From: a virus | Taxonomy: Duplodnaviria; Caudoviricetes | DNA length: 64,000 nt | Direction: 5' to 3' (one strand) | Virus record (IMG/VR): IMGVR_UViG_3300036770_002726 | Span: 541 to 64,540 of that record | Shown here: positions 18,306 through 28,638 of the stretch, piece after piece | Layout: the number at the start of each line of letters is the position of its first letter | Numbering within the stretch: position 1 is the stretch's first letter | Program-made: the position numbers and the translations under genes | The notes under the pieces: model-generated | What the model was told of the DNA's origin: nothing | The model's database searches: none | What the model saw: only the letters and a program-made list of their open reading frames with translations

Positions 18306-18336
18306 TTTGAAAATTCATAGTTATAAATTATCTTTG
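18306..18336 (+). promoter_or_regulatory. Bacteroidota primary-sigma promoter
   Basis: TTTG-N19-TATCTTTG. Confidence 0.75.
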
Positions 18337-18359
18337 ACCCACACAAAAACAACAACAAT

Positions 18360-18575
18360 ATGAGAGAACCAGATGAAGAACCAAGAAGACCAAAAATAGA
18401 TTGGAGACCAGGTTATAGTAGAAAAGATTTTAAACTCAGACGTTTGCTAGGTAACCAATATAGAGAAAAAATTCCCACACTAAATGAACTTTTGGACAAG
18501 ATAATTGGTTATGGTTTAAAGTCATTGACTAATAAAGAAACAGAATTGTTAAACAAATATTCAAAACAACTATGA
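18360..18575 (+). CDS. Small protein with PTL(N/D)ELLDKI..G..SLT..E motif (DUF6576-like)
   Basis: Motif shared with the C-terminus of the next gene. Confidence 0.6.
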   Translation: MREPDEEPRRPKIDWRPGYSRKDFKLRRLLGNQYREKIPTLNELLDKIIGYGLKSLTNKETELLNKYSKQL

Positions 18576-19111
18576 AGTACCTATTAAATGTTTTTATCCA
18601 ACACGACAAACAAGAATTGTTCACACAAAGTCTTGCAACCGAAATTAGAGATTCAATACCTGTGGGTAACTCAATCAAATATTTTTATGGTGAACAAACA
18701 ATTTTGATTACCTTTGAAACCAAGTTGGGTTTTGACAAGGTTAAAAATTTGTTTGATGCAATCTTGGCTGATTTATCCATAACTTTTATACTCACCCCAA
18801 TAAAACCTGACAAAATGTCATATTGGTTTCCAAAAGAGTATGAACAACATCTATTTGGTACGGATTTGTGTAAGACAAATGATGAGTACACAGATGAAGA
18901 ACAAAAAATGGTTCAAGATGCTATGTATATGAGTATGGATGAACCCATTGATGATTTAAAAATGGAAAGAATATCAATTGACATTAAGAAAAAATTATTC
19001 GGTGAACCTAAAGTACCAACTTTGGATGAACTTTTGGATAAGATTAATGTTAGTGGTATGGGTTCACTTACAGCTGATGAAAAAAATTTGTTAACACAAT
19101 ATTCAAAATAA
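18572..19111 (+). CDS. Hypothetical protein with C-terminal DUF6576-like motif
   Basis: PTLDELLDKINVSGMGSLTADEK. Confidence 0.6.
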   Translation: MKYLLNVFIQHDKQELFTQSLATEIRDSIPVGNSIKYFYGEQTILITFETKLGFDKVKNLFDAILADLSITFILTPIKPDKMSYWFPKEYEQHLFGTDLCKTNDEYTDEEQKMVQDAMYMSMDEPIDDLKMERISIDIKKKLFGEPKVPTLDELLDKINVSGMGSLTADEKNLLTQYSK

Positions 19112-19112
19112 A

Positions 19113-19913
19113 ATGAAAGAAAAAAATTCAGGTATTCCAATCAATCAAGAAGAAATCCAATCTTATCTTAAAGACATAAGAAAGAAAAAGGTAATGACCC
19201 CAGAGAGGGAGAAAGAACTTGCAGAACTTATGAAGTCTGACACCTTGACTCTTGAAGAAAGAGAAAAAGTCAATAAAGAATTGTTGGAGGGTAATCTACG
19301 TTTTGTGATTACCGTGGCCAAACAATATCAAAATCAAGGATTGGATTTACCCGACCTTATTGCCGAAGGTAATCTTGGTCTTATGAAAGCCATCAAAAAC
19401 TTTGATTGGAACAAAGATTTACGTTTCATATCTTATGCTGTATGGTGGATTAAACAATCAATTCTACAATCTCTTAATGAGAATGCAAGAACAATTCGTC
19501 TCCCAACAAATGTTGTTCAAGATTTACATAGAGCCAAGAAAGAGGTTGATAAAAGAGGTGGTGAACTGGATGAAAGATTTGTGGGGTTACCATCAATGAT
19601 TGACCTTGATATGGATATCAATGAAGAAGGTGATACACTATTTGATGTGTTGAAGAATGATGAAGCAGATATGCCTGATGAAGCATTTAATACCAAAGAC
19701 ATTCTTAAAACCAAACTACTTGGATTGTTGACCTGTTTGGATGAACGTGAAAAAACCATTATTGAAGATTATTTCGGTCTTACAGGTTCACCAAGAACAT
19801 TGGAAGATATTGGTGGGGATTTCAATCTTACGAAAGAAAGAGTACGTCAAATAAAAGAAAAATCATTGAGAAAGTTGAGAAACTTATCTAGTGACTTGTT
19901 TGAGTGGATGTAA
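19113..19913 (+). CDS. RNA polymerase sigma-70 factor, Bacteroidota primary-sigma-like (no region 1.1)
   Basis: YLKDI, NLRFVITVAKQYQNQG, DLIAEGNLGLMKA, FISYAVWWIKQSI, TIRLP, TLEDIG...TKERVRQIKEK. Confidence 0.95.
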   Translation: MKEKNSGIPINQEEIQSYLKDIRKKKVMTPEREKELAELMKSDTLTLEEREKVNKELLEGNLRFVITVAKQYQNQGLDLPDLIAEGNLGLMKAIKNFDWNKDLRFISYAVWWIKQSILQSLNENARTIRLPTNVVQDLHRAKKEVDKRGGELDERFVGLPSMIDLDMDINEEGDTLFDVLKNDEADMPDEAFNTKDILKTKLLGLLTCLDEREKTIIEDYFGLTGSPRTLEDIGGDFNLTKERVRQIKEKSLRKLRNLSSDLFEWM

Positions 19914-19957
19914 TGTTAACAATAAAAAATAAACTAATATTTATAACATAAAGAAAT

Positions 19958-20251
19958 ATGAAAAAAGTAATAGATTTTATTGAAAAATATGGATTAATAA
20001 TTTTGGTTGTCTTAATCGTAACCAGCACTTGTTCTAGTGGTATGAGTAAAAGAAGAAGTGAGAAAAAAATAAGTGACCAATTTGATAGTTTGAAAACTGA
20101 AATCAAAACATTGAAGAATGAGTTAAAAAAAGAAATAAAAGTTGAAGGATTGAAATCTGAAAAAAGAATGATTCAATCAACAGACAGAAAGATTATGGAC
20201 TTGCAAAGACAAATTGAAATTGATAAAGAACTGAAGGTTTTGGACAAATGA
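19958..20251 (+). CDS. Membrane-anchored coiled-coil protein (possible spanin-like)
   Basis: N-terminal TM ending near Cys, then coiled coil; near amidase. Confidence 0.45.
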   Translation: MKKVIDFIEKYGLIILVVLIVTSTCSSGMSKRRSEKKISDQFDSLKTEIKTLKNELKKEIKVEGLKSEKRMIQSTDRKIMDLQRQIEIDKELKVLDK

Positions 20252-20727
20252 GAATAATAATCACTGAAAGACAACTAGAAGAAATTAACAGATTTCAACT
20301 TAGAGAAGACAACCCTGAATATGGGGGTTGTCTAGTGTCTGACAAAATCAGAATGGAGTTAATTAAAGACTTTCTACAAAAACTTAAAAAGAATCCTAAA
20401 TATAATACAGAAGAACCTGATTATGATATGTTATTGGATGATTGGGATGGTTATGATGACCAAGTTTATATTCAAAATAAAGGTAAATCAATTGTATTTT
20501 GGGAAGGTTGGGTGAGTAGTTGTTGGGAAGCAGCATTCCAAAAACCACAATATAAGGGATTAAAAAAATCTAAAGTTATAGATAAAATAATTGAGGAGAG
20601 ATTTCCTAGAATTGCCGAAAAATGTGGAATGGAAATAATTGACTCTGGTTATATTGATGATGATGGATATATTATGTATATTGAAATGAAAAAACAAAAT
20701 AATGAAGAACTTACTAACTTGGATTAA
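20248..20727 (+). CDS. Leader-bearing hypothetical protein
   Basis: MRIIITERQLEEI N-terminus. Confidence 0.6.
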   Translation: MRIIITERQLEEINRFQLREDNPEYGGCLVSDKIRMELIKDFLQKLKKNPKYNTEEPDYDMLLDDWDGYDDQVYIQNKGKSIVFWEGWVSSCWEAAFQKPQYKGLKKSKVIDKIIEERFPRIAEKCGMEIIDSGYIDDDGYIMYIEMKKQNNEELTNLD

Positions 20728-21526
20728 AGAAAACCCCATTCGTTCAATGTTCCTTGTACCCATCTTTTTGGTTGCAGGAATATCAATATCTCACGTTGTT
20801 GCGTGGTATGATATAACAAACCCATTCAGTTGGGCGATTTATCTATCAGTAGCAATTGAGATTGGTGCCATAACAGCACTGATTGCCGCCACACAGAAGA
20901 TTAAAGGTGGGGTGTGGTTCATGTTCGGATTGGTAACATTCGTTCAAATGATAGGGAATATTTTCTATTCATATAAAGAGATTGACCCAACTGGAGATTT
21001 ATTTAAAGCCTGGGTTGAACTTACATCACCAATATTTGAAGTGTTTGGAACAGAACCAACAGATATAATCGCTCACAAAAGATGGTTGGCAATATTGGGT
21101 GGTGGATTACTTCCAATTATATCTTTAACTTCATTACACTTCTTTGTGAAATATGAGAAACCTAAAGAAGAGATTATTGAAAACGATAGAGATTTGGAAA
21201 TTGTTTCACTGATGGATTTGGAGACTTTGGAAAAAGAAGAAGAGAAACCAAAAACAAAACGAGGTAGAAAGAAAAAAGAAGTCGTTGAAGAACCTCAATT
21301 GTTAAATGAAGAAAAAGAAGTTAAAATGATTGAGGATTGGTTAGACCAATATGGTGACCCAACAATTACTGAGAAAGTATTAAATGAGTTGGAAAAAATT
21401 GAAAATGAAAAAGTTGAAGATAAGATAGTCCCAATACCTCTTGAACCAAAAGTAGAACAACCAAAACCTATACGTCCATCAAAACTGACATACACCAAAC
21501 CAAATGTATCTATAGATAGAATGTAA
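20702..21526 (+). CDS. Multi-TM membrane protein with charged C-terminal tail
   Basis: Four hydrophobic segments; directly upstream of amidase. Confidence 0.65.
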   Translation: MKNLLTWIKENPIRSMFLVPIFLVAGISISHVVAWYDITNPFSWAIYLSVAIEIGAITALIAATQKIKGGVWFMFGLVTFVQMIGNIFYSYKEIDPTGDLFKAWVELTSPIFEVFGTEPTDIIAHKRWLAILGGGLLPIISLTSLHFFVKYEKPKEEIIENDRDLEIVSLMDLETLEKEEEKPKTKRGRKKKEVVEEPQLLNEEKEVKMIEDWLDQYGDPTITEKVLNELEKIENEKVEDKIVPIPLEPKVEQPKPIRPSKLTYTKPNVSIDRM

Positions 21527-22119
21527 TGGATATAATAAAATATGGTGATTTTAAGCCATTGGGGAAACAAAAGAAGAAACACCAAATAATTCTCACACAC
21601 ACAAGTAGAAATGTGGAGAATTATTTGGCTTCTTTACGTTATAGACATAATGGAAAATTTGATAGGATTCCAAATTATGTGATTAAAAAAAATGGGGTAG
21701 TTTTACAATTATTAAATGATATTGAACATACCAATTATTTAAAGGAAATAAGTATGAATCGTAATTCAATTGCTATTTGTTTGGAAAATTTTGGTTGGTT
21801 AGAAAAACAACCATTAGAAAATCAGTATGTTAATTGGATTGGTGATATTTATAAAGGTAAACCATATGAAAGACATTGGAGGGACTATTATTTTTGGGAA
21901 CCATATACAGAAGAACAAGTTAATAGTTTATCTAACTTATGTAAAATAATAATTATAGAAAATAAGATTAACAAAGATTTAATAGGGCATAATACGAAGG
22001 TCAAAAATATTAGTATATTTGAAGGAATTGCAACAAGAAGTAATTTTGATTCAAATTATACAGATATAAGTCCAGCTTTTGATTTTGATAAATTTAGAAA
22101 CAAATTAGAATATGAATAA
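21526..22119 (+). CDS. N-acetylmuramoyl-L-alanine amidase-like protein (Amidase_2 fold, possibly degenerate)
   Basis: IILTHT, YVI..NG.V.QL, N.NSIAICLEN, YTEEQ..SL..L, IGHN, DISP. Confidence 0.7.
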   Translation: MDIIKYGDFKPLGKQKKKHQIILTHTSRNVENYLASLRYRHNGKFDRIPNYVIKKNGVVLQLLNDIEHTNYLKEISMNRNSIAICLENFGWLEKQPLENQYVNWIGDIYKGKPYERHWRDYYFWEPYTEEQVNSLSNLCKIIIIENKINKDLIGHNTKVKNISIFEGIATRSNFDSNYTDISPAFDFDKFRNKLEYE

Positions 22120-22789
22120 CAGATACGATGAAATTAGAAAATTATTAAAAACCTCAAAAGAGTTACTTTCAAAAAAAAGTTCAATTAATGAACTAAATGA
22201 AATAAGAAGTAAATATGGAATTTTAAATGAAGATGATTCAGTTACAAAAAAAATAAATGTAACGAAATCAATTGAACAAGGAATGACAGATGACGATGAG
22301 GACATAAAAAATGAAGATGAAAAAACTCAAGGTTATAGAATTTTAAATGGTTTGATGTATGTGGTTGGAAAAACTGATGCGGAATTAATACTAACTGAGG
22401 ATGAAAAAACTGCATTTAAAGAAACTATGGATGAGTTCTTTAATGAAGTATCTGATGCTGTTGATTTTGATGAATTAATATTATATCCAAAAAAAGTTGA
22501 GTGGTCTGGATATTTAAATACTTTAGGTGTTAAATTTAAATTTATTACAAATGATAGTGCCTATTTTTTATTTGAGTCTGAAGAAGATGATGAGGTTCAA
22601 ATAACACCAATGTTAAAATTAGATGAAAACTTTAAAGAAATCACAGATAAAGTTATGGTTTATTTTGGAAAATTTGAATCCAAATGGAATCAAATTATCT
22701 CTGAAAGAAAGAAAACAAAAATTCCAATTGAAAGAAAACCTTTAGGAGGAAAAAATATTGAAGGTGGATACGAAACATTTAAAGCATAA
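22112..22789 (+). CDS. Hypothetical protein (putative virion/late)
   Basis: Operon context; acidic. Confidence 0.6.
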   Translation: MNNRYDEIRKLLKTSKELLSKKSSINELNEIRSKYGILNEDDSVTKKINVTKSIEQGMTDDDEDIKNEDEKTQGYRILNGLMYVVGKTDAELILTEDEKTAFKETMDEFFNEVSDAVDFDELILYPKKVEWSGYLNTLGVKFKFITNDSAYFLFESEEDDEVQITPMLKLDENFKEITDKVMVYFGKFESKWNQIISERKKTKIPIERKPLGGKNIEGGYETFKA

Positions 22790-23583
22790 TGGATACTATA
22801 TCAAAAAATTTAAAAAATTCTTTGGATAAAGAATTCAGTAATTTACTAGGTCAATTCCCAGAAAGCGGAGGTGATGTTATGACGAATTATCAGAATATAA
22901 AAAAAGAACTCCCAGAAATGAAAAAAACATTTAAAAAATCGGAGATTACAGATTTAATAGGTAAAAAAAGTATGAATTTACCAATAGGTAAATTATATTC
23001 AATTGGTAAAACACCAAAAACCGAGAATAATAAATCATCAAATGTGATGACTAAAAAAGATATGATGGAAAAATGGAGTCAAAAATATAAAGATTCTATT
23101 GATTGTAACAATCCAAAAGGTTTTAGTCAAAAAGCTCATTGTCAAGGTAAAAAGAAAAAAGAAACAAAAGAAGCAACTGCATCAGGTGCTGGTGGAGGTT
23201 TTATAGGTAAAGTAGCATTTGACCGTAATAGTGAATTTGTTAAAAGAAGTTTTGTTGAAACACCAAGCAAAGGAGAATTTAAAGAAGGGGCATCTTCAGC
23301 ATCGTCTGGTTCTTATGTCACACCTGCGGCTTGGGCTAAATCAACAAGTAAAAAGGATTGGAGAGGTAAAAGTAAAACACAAATACCTGGTGGACAATTC
23401 GTTCAGGTTAAGAAAAAATGTAAAAAATTTCCATATTGTAATCAAGGTGATATTAAGTCTTTAAATTTTACAAATGAAAGTAAACTTAATAAAATAATAT
23501 CTGAACTAAGTCAAAAATATAACATAAGTAAAAATACAATTAAAAATATGGTTATCAAGGAGTATGTTAATAACACTAAATGA
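22789..23583 (+). CDS. Basic hypothetical protein with Cys motifs
   Basis: KWSQKYKDSIDCNNPKGFSQKAHC and KKKCKKFPYCNQG motifs. Confidence 0.6.
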   Translation: MDTISKNLKNSLDKEFSNLLGQFPESGGDVMTNYQNIKKELPEMKKTFKKSEITDLIGKKSMNLPIGKLYSIGKTPKTENNKSSNVMTKKDMMEKWSQKYKDSIDCNNPKGFSQKAHCQGKKKKETKEATASGAGGGFIGKVAFDRNSEFVKRSFVETPSKGEFKEGASSASSGSYVTPAAWAKSTSKKDWRGKSKTQIPGGQFVQVKKKCKKFPYCNQGDIKSLNFTNESKLNKIISELSQKYNISKNTIKNMVIKEYVNNTK

Positions 23584-23603
23584 TATTTATTAAAAAAAAA
23601 ACA

Positions 23604-25142
23604 ATGAAAGACATAAAAAAACAATTAAGATATTTTTTATCTATTAATGAAACTTTGGAAAATAAAGCTGACCACCTTATAAATAAAATAAAGGAAATGG
23701 AAATGGGTGAAGCTTACGTTGATGATAATAGAACTCCGGGTGGTGATAATACACCTAATTTTGACTTTAAAAAATATAAAAGATTCTTATCCCAAAAACA
23801 TAATAAGGGGGATATGGTAACATCTAAAAAAGAATTGAGAAAATATTTCCCATCTAAAGACATAGAAGATGAAGATGAAGAAGGATTACAATTTATTGGC
23901 GAAGGTGAAATGTGTGAATGTGGTGGTATGATGAGAGAAGGTGAGTGTATGGAATGTGGAATGATGAAAGAAGGTATTTACGATGTAGCTGGTAAATTTC
24001 CTAAAAAACAATCATTTGATTATATTGAAGAAGAGAAGGAAAAAAAAATAACTCCTTTTGAAGAAGCAAATTTGATAGAAGGATGTATAGAATCAACGAA
24101 ACTTGCTGATAAATCTGGAGATAAAGCGTCAAGAATACACGCTGAAAATGAATGTAAATTAGCTATGGATGCTTTAGAAGAAAAAAATGATACTAAAAAA
24201 ATTGAGGAGTTAAAAAGTTTTTTAAATGAAAGTAAAAATTTGGTTGGAAAACAATATAAATTAGATAAAAACAAAAACAAAAGAGTTGACTCTGAAGATT
24301 TAAGACTTTTACGTAAAAGTAAAAAACGTAAATTTGAAGTTGATGAGGAAGAAATGGAAGAAGGTAACGAATTTTCTGGGGAATTAGAGAAAGCTAGAAA
24401 GGCTGGAAAAAAAACATTTAAAGTTGATGGAAAGACATATCCAGTAAAAGAATCTATTGAATATCATATTGTAGATAGTGTAGGTGACATAATTAAACTA
24501 AATGAGAATGAGGTTATTGATTTGATTGAAAATATCGTTAATGAAGAAAAATTAAAATCAATGGGTAAACATAAAGGATTAGCAACATATGACAAAGCTC
24601 ACAAGGATTCTGGAAAAGAAAATGACGATTATATCAAATCAGTCACTAAAAAGATGAAAGATTACTTAAAAGATGGGTCTAAAGGTGGTTATGATATGAA
24701 TCCAAAAATGTTCCCACAGGGTAATGGTGAATTAGGAAAAATGAGTAAAAAAGCTTTCCAAATGACTGATGATTTAGAAGACTTTAATTATGAAATAGGA
24801 GGTCAACAATTTCCAATTCCTGATGAAATAGGTTATGATGAAAAAAGAATGGAGAAATATTTTAAAGGAGATTCAACAACAGGTAATGCACCTGGTGGGA
24901 ATGCTTTAGATTCAAAAGCTAATGAAAGATTTAATAAAATGAGAAAGAAAAATACTCTTAAAAAGATTAAAGACCAATCATATAAAAGGGTAAGTCAACC
25001 AGTTTTCAATGAAACATCAACAGATGAAGATGGTAAATTAAATCTTAAATTTGAAGCTATAAATGAAAAAAAAATAAATCAGTTGAATGAAGAATTTGAT
25101 AGAATGAGAGAATTATTAGGTTATAATAGAAAAACTCAGTAG
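23604..25142 (+). CDS. Charged protein, possible head core/scaffold-associated
   Basis: CECG/CMECG repeats, EF-hand-like DKNKNKRVDSED, internal leader-like KLNENEVIDLIENIVNEE; ATATTTAT at 23583. Confidence 0.55.
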   Translation: MKDIKKQLRYFLSINETLENKADHLINKIKEMEMGEAYVDDNRTPGGDNTPNFDFKKYKRFLSQKHNKGDMVTSKKELRKYFPSKDIEDEDEEGLQFIGEGEMCECGGMMREGECMECGMMKEGIYDVAGKFPKKQSFDYIEEEKEKKITPFEEANLIEGCIESTKLADKSGDKASRIHAENECKLAMDALEEKNDTKKIEELKSFLNESKNLVGKQYKLDKNKNKRVDSEDLRLLRKSKKRKFEVDEEEMEEGNEFSGELEKARKAGKKTFKVDGKTYPVKESIEYHIVDSVGDIIKLNENEVIDLIENIVNEEKLKSMGKHKGLATYDKAHKDSGKENDDYIKSVTKKMKDYLKDGSKGGYDMNPKMFPQGNGELGKMSKKAFQMTDDLEDFNYEIGGQQFPIPDEIGYDEKRMEKYFKGDSTTGNAPGGNALDSKANERFNKMRKKNTLKKIKDQSYKRVSQPVFNETSTDEDGKLNLKFEAINEKKINQLNEEFDRMRELLGYNRKTQ

Positions 25143-25189
25143 TTACAATTTTCATATTATTATTATATTCTCCGTAAGAATTATTTCTT

Positions 25190-25669
25190 ATGGAGAATTT
25201 TTTTAATTATTTATCAAAACCAATACCTGAAGAAGAGGTTATAGTATGGTTTAAAATCAATAACATTATTCCAGAAAAGTTGGAATTATTTTATGATTTT
25301 AGTCAATCCTTAAATACATTGATTAATGAGACGTATTTAGGCCGATTTGATAAGATTCAAGAAACAAATATTATTTTAACTGAAGAGGATAAAATAAAAC
25401 ACTTTACTTGGTGTTTTAATAAAATAATTTCAAATTATGAAAAAGAAGGAATTATTTTTAATCAACAAGGAAAACATTTTGATTACTTTAAGACATTTTT
25501 TCTTGATATATTTTATAATCAAAAAGAAGAAAAAGTTAGAACATCAGTTAAAGATTTTTTTAATATATTATTTGAGTTAAATAAACAATTTACTAAATCA
25601 GATTTGGATATGGTGAGTGTGATTTATAAAGTATTAAATGAAAATATGACAATACAAAATGTTTACTAA
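25190..25669 (+). CDS. Hypothetical protein
   Basis: ORF. Confidence 0.6.
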   Translation: MENFFNYLSKPIPEEEVIVWFKINNIIPEKLELFYDFSQSLNTLINETYLGRFDKIQETNIILTEEDKIKHFTWCFNKIISNYEKEGIIFNQQGKHFDYFKTFFLDIFYNQKEEKVRTSVKDFFNILFELNKQFTKSDLDMVSVIYKVLNENMTIQNVY

Positions 25670-25705
25670 AATATAAATAAACGTATTTTTATAAAAATTA
25701 AAATT

Positions 25706-25900
25706 ATGGAAACATTAGAACAAATTAAAACATTAACGGAAGAATTATCACAAAACACAACAAAATTTTTCAAAGGAAACAATAGTGCTGGTATAAGAGC
25801 TAGAAAAAACGCACAAGATTTAAAAGCACTTTTACAGACATTAAGAAATGAAATTTTGGATGAAAGAAAAAAAGAAAATGGGACTGAATCAATTGGATAG
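25706..25900 (+). CDS. Histone H1-like (Hc1-type) small DNA-binding protein
   Basis: KFFKGNNSAGIRARK..Q.LK...Q.LR motif. Confidence 0.7.
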   Translation: METLEQIKTLTEELSQNTTKFFKGNNSAGIRARKNAQDLKALLQTLRNEILDERKKENGTESIG

Positions 25901-26072
25901 TTTATTTTTTTTCTTATTTTTATTCTCAATACTATATGTATCAAGAATAGTTTTTAGGTTTATGAGTGCCCTATTACAAAATCCACCAAAAAAGTTGATT
26001 CTTAGTGATAGGGAACTCTTTTTAATCAACATAACAATATCATACATTATAACATATATTTTTAAATTATGA
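25878..26072 (+). CDS. Small two-TM protein
   Basis: Two hydrophobic stretches. Confidence 0.5.
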   Translation: MGLNQLDSLFFFLFLFSILYVSRIVFRFMSALLQNPPKKLILSDRELFLINITISYIITYIFKL

Positions 26073-26512
26073 GTTTATATCAAGAATTTTCATCATTATT
26101 ACCATATCTACAATCAGTAAGAAAACTACAAAACTATTTATCATTTGATGTTAGTTTTCCCAATACTTGGAAAATTCCAAAAAAATTTGCTGAGGAAGAC
26201 AAAATTATGGAACAACAAAGTAATTCGGCAAATCAGAGATTATTTTCTTATGTGACTGAAATAAGTGAAACTGGAGTACAAAAAGTACATTACAATATAA
26301 AAAATATAATCAAATACAATCTAGAAAAAGAAGAAAAAGATAGGTTGTTTGAAACAAAAGTTGAAGAACTTAAAAAATTATTTGAAAAACAAAATTTAGA
26401 AAAATTAAAAGGTTTATATTTTGACATAAGTGAACCTATAATGAAAAAACCAACTTTAGAAGATGATGAAGAACAAATCGGAACAGATAAAATGGTTAAT
26501 GAAGGAAGTTAA
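26069..26512 (+). CDS. Hypothetical protein
   Basis: ORF in operon. Confidence 0.6.
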   Translation: MSLYQEFSSLLPYLQSVRKLQNYLSFDVSFPNTWKIPKKFAEEDKIMEQQSNSANQRLFSYVTEISETGVQKVHYNIKNIIKYNLEKEEKDRLFETKVEELKKLFEKQNLEKLKGLYFDISEPIMKKPTLEDDEEQIGTDKMVNEGS

Positions 26513-26648
26513 CAAAGACAATATTGAACTTGAAAATGAGAAGAAAAAATTCCTTGATGAAATAAAGAAATTTAAAAAGGAAGAAATGTTCCCCAAACCT
26601 AAAAAACTAACATTATGGCAAAGAATAAAGAAAGTGTTAATGAATTAA
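26463..26648 (+). CDS. Small basic hypothetical protein
   Basis: C-terminal LTLWQRIKKVL amphipathic helix. Confidence 0.5.
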   Translation: MMKNKSEQIKWLMKEVNKDNIELENEKKKFLDEIKKFKKEEMFPKPKKLTLWQRIKKVLMN

Positions 26649-26863
26649 TATATAAATTGGCAAACATTGCTGATGATTTAGTTAAAATATATCCAAGTGG
26701 AAAATCTGTTGTGGTATTTTCATTATCTAATGATGATTTTAAAAATACAAAATTACAAGTTAATGATTTTTCAAGTACAGAACAATTCAAAATAGATATT
26801 TCTGGTACAGAATTTATTTTTTTGATGGATGAGCGGTTAAAGGACGTTGTAAATAATTCTTAG
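26615..26863 (+). CDS. Hypothetical protein
   Basis: ORF. Confidence 0.5.
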   Translation: MAKNKESVNELIYKLANIADDLVKIYPSGKSVVVFSLSNDDFKNTKLQVNDFSSTEQFKIDISGTEFIFLMDERLKDVVNNS

Positions 26864-27440
26864 AAAATCCTTTTTGTTCTAAAATTTCGTATAAATATTT
26901 TCTATGAATTGTATTATAATCTTTAACATACATACAATCTTTTCTATTTAATTTTTGTAAAGTGTCAATGAATCTAGCCGATTCATCAATTGTCTTGAAA
27001 GTGAACAAAAATGTTAAATCATCGTTTTGTAACACAATTTTATTATTTAATTTAGACAATAATTTAAAACCTGGTTTATCCAAATATTTCTTTATAAATT
27101 GTTGGGTTGGTATTTTTTGTTTATTTTGATAATCCACAAACAATTCTTCAATTTTAAAGTCATTTATTTTAATGATATTAAAACCATCTTCAATTTCTAT
27201 TTTTATATTTCTACCTAAACTATCCTTCACATAGGTATTATCTTTTTTCTTATCATTTATTTCCACCAAAGCTAATTCAAAATCACAGATAACCCCATTT
27301 TCTGTCATTTTAGGAAATAACACTTGTTCACTAGATTTTATTTTATTATTATAGTAATCTAGTGCTTTTTTATAAGTTTTAAACTTATTGATTATTTTTC
27401 TTTTTTCTTTATTTTTGAAAAGAACAACTAAATAATTCAT
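26814..27440 (-). CDS. Hypothetical protein
   Basis: 208-aa minus-strand ORF with normal composition. Confidence 0.65.
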   Translation of the reverse strand: MNYLVVLFKNKEKRKIINKFKTYKKALDYYNNKIKSSEQVLFPKMTENGVICDFELALVEINDKKKDNTYVKDSLGRNIKIEIEDGFNIIKINDFKIEELFVDYQNKQKIPTQQFIKKYLDKPGFKLLSKLNNKIVLQNDDLTFLFTFKTIDESARFIDTLQKLNRKDCMYVKDYNTIHRKYLYEILEQKGFSKNYLQRPLTAHPSKK

Positions 27441-27476
27441 AATATAATCATAAATAAATTCTCAATAATATAAATA

Positions 27477-28409
27477 ATGGAAAACTATTACGAAATTCTA
27501 GGTGTAGATGAAAATACACCAATTGATGAAATTAAAAAAACGTATAGAAAATTAGCAATGGAACATCACCCAGATAAAGGTGGGGATGAAGAAAAATTTA
27601 AAAAAATATCTCAGGCTTACGAGATATTGGGTGACGAAAATAGACGTGCCAATTATGACAATCAAAGAAAGAATCCTTTTGCTAATATGGGTGGAGGATT
27701 TAATCCATTTGAAGATATGTTCAATGAGTTTACAAATAGAGCTCACACTAGACAAACAGTACCTGATAAAATAATTGATATCAATATTGGGGTTTTGGAA
27801 ACATATAACTCAATGGAAAAAGAATTTGAATATGAACGAAATCATAATTGTGATTCTTGTAATGGATCTGGTGGAGAAAAAATTATTTGTAAACATTGTA
27901 ATGGTTATGGTTTTATTGAAGGTAGAATCAGAACTGGTTTTTTTACTCAAATTGTCAGACAAGGTTGCGATAAATGTAATGGTATTGGTCAGGTTTTTAT
28001 ATCAAAATGTAAAAAATGTAACACTAGTGGAGTACAATCAGTAAAAGAAAAAGTTAGAATAAAAATTCCTCACAATATAAATGATGGACAATTTTTCAAA
28101 ATGAGAGGAAAAGGTGATTATCACCAAGGAATCTTTGGTAATTTAATTTTGAGGGTTTTTGTAAAACCTCAAGACAACTTTGATAAAATTGGTAACGATT
28201 TAATATATGATGCTTTCTTCAATCTGGAAGACTTAAATAAAGAAACTTATGAAATTCCACACCCAAATGGTAAATTGTCAATTAAGTTACCAAACGAATT
28301 TGACACAACAAAACCCCTAAGAGTTCAATCCAAGGGGTTTAGAGATGATAACAATAACTTAAAGGGTGATTTGATAATAAATTTAAATGTTAGATTTACT
28401 AAAACATAG
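27477..28409 (+). CDS. dnaJ: DnaJ (Hsp40) co-chaperone
   Basis: J domain with HPD, G/F region, four CxxCxGxG-type repeats, C-terminal domain. Confidence 0.95.
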   Translation: MENYYEILGVDENTPIDEIKKTYRKLAMEHHPDKGGDEEKFKKISQAYEILGDENRRANYDNQRKNPFANMGGGFNPFEDMFNEFTNRAHTRQTVPDKIIDINIGVLETYNSMEKEFEYERNHNCDSCNGSGGEKIICKHCNGYGFIEGRIRTGFFTQIVRQGCDKCNGIGQVFISKCKKCNTSGVQSVKEKVRIKIPHNINDGQFFKMRGKGDYHQGIFGNLILRVFVKPQDNFDKIGNDLIYDAFFNLEDLNKETYEIPHPNGKLSIKLPNEFDTTKPLRVQSKGFRDDNNNLKGDLIINLNVRFTKT

Positions 28410-28539
28410 AATATAAATCACTTATTAATTTGATTGTACCATAAATTGCTGCGAAAAGTATATACGCAGAAAATACAAACATCGTCCATTGTGGTATACT
28501 TAAACCATTACCACATTTTGAACACTTTTTTTCTTCCAT
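28399..28539 (-). CDS. Small CxxC + TM protein (46 aa, not in ORF track)
   Basis: MEEKKCSKCGNGLSIPQWTMFVFSAYILFAAIYG... Confidence 0.45.
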   Translation of the reverse strand: MEEKKCSKCGNGLSIPQWTMFVFSAYILFAAIYGTIKLISDLYSMF

Positions 28540-28638
28540 ATTGATTTTTAATCAAAATATAAAAAAAAGTTGATAATATCAAATATAATTTAAAAAATTA
28601 ATAATTTCAGAATTTTGTAATATTTATAGTAAAAAAAA

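Noticed and set aside
19958-22119. Definite lysis cassette (spanin-holin-endolysin)
   Set aside because: Topology is suggestive, but the amidase looks degenerate and no holin or spanin motif can be confirmed
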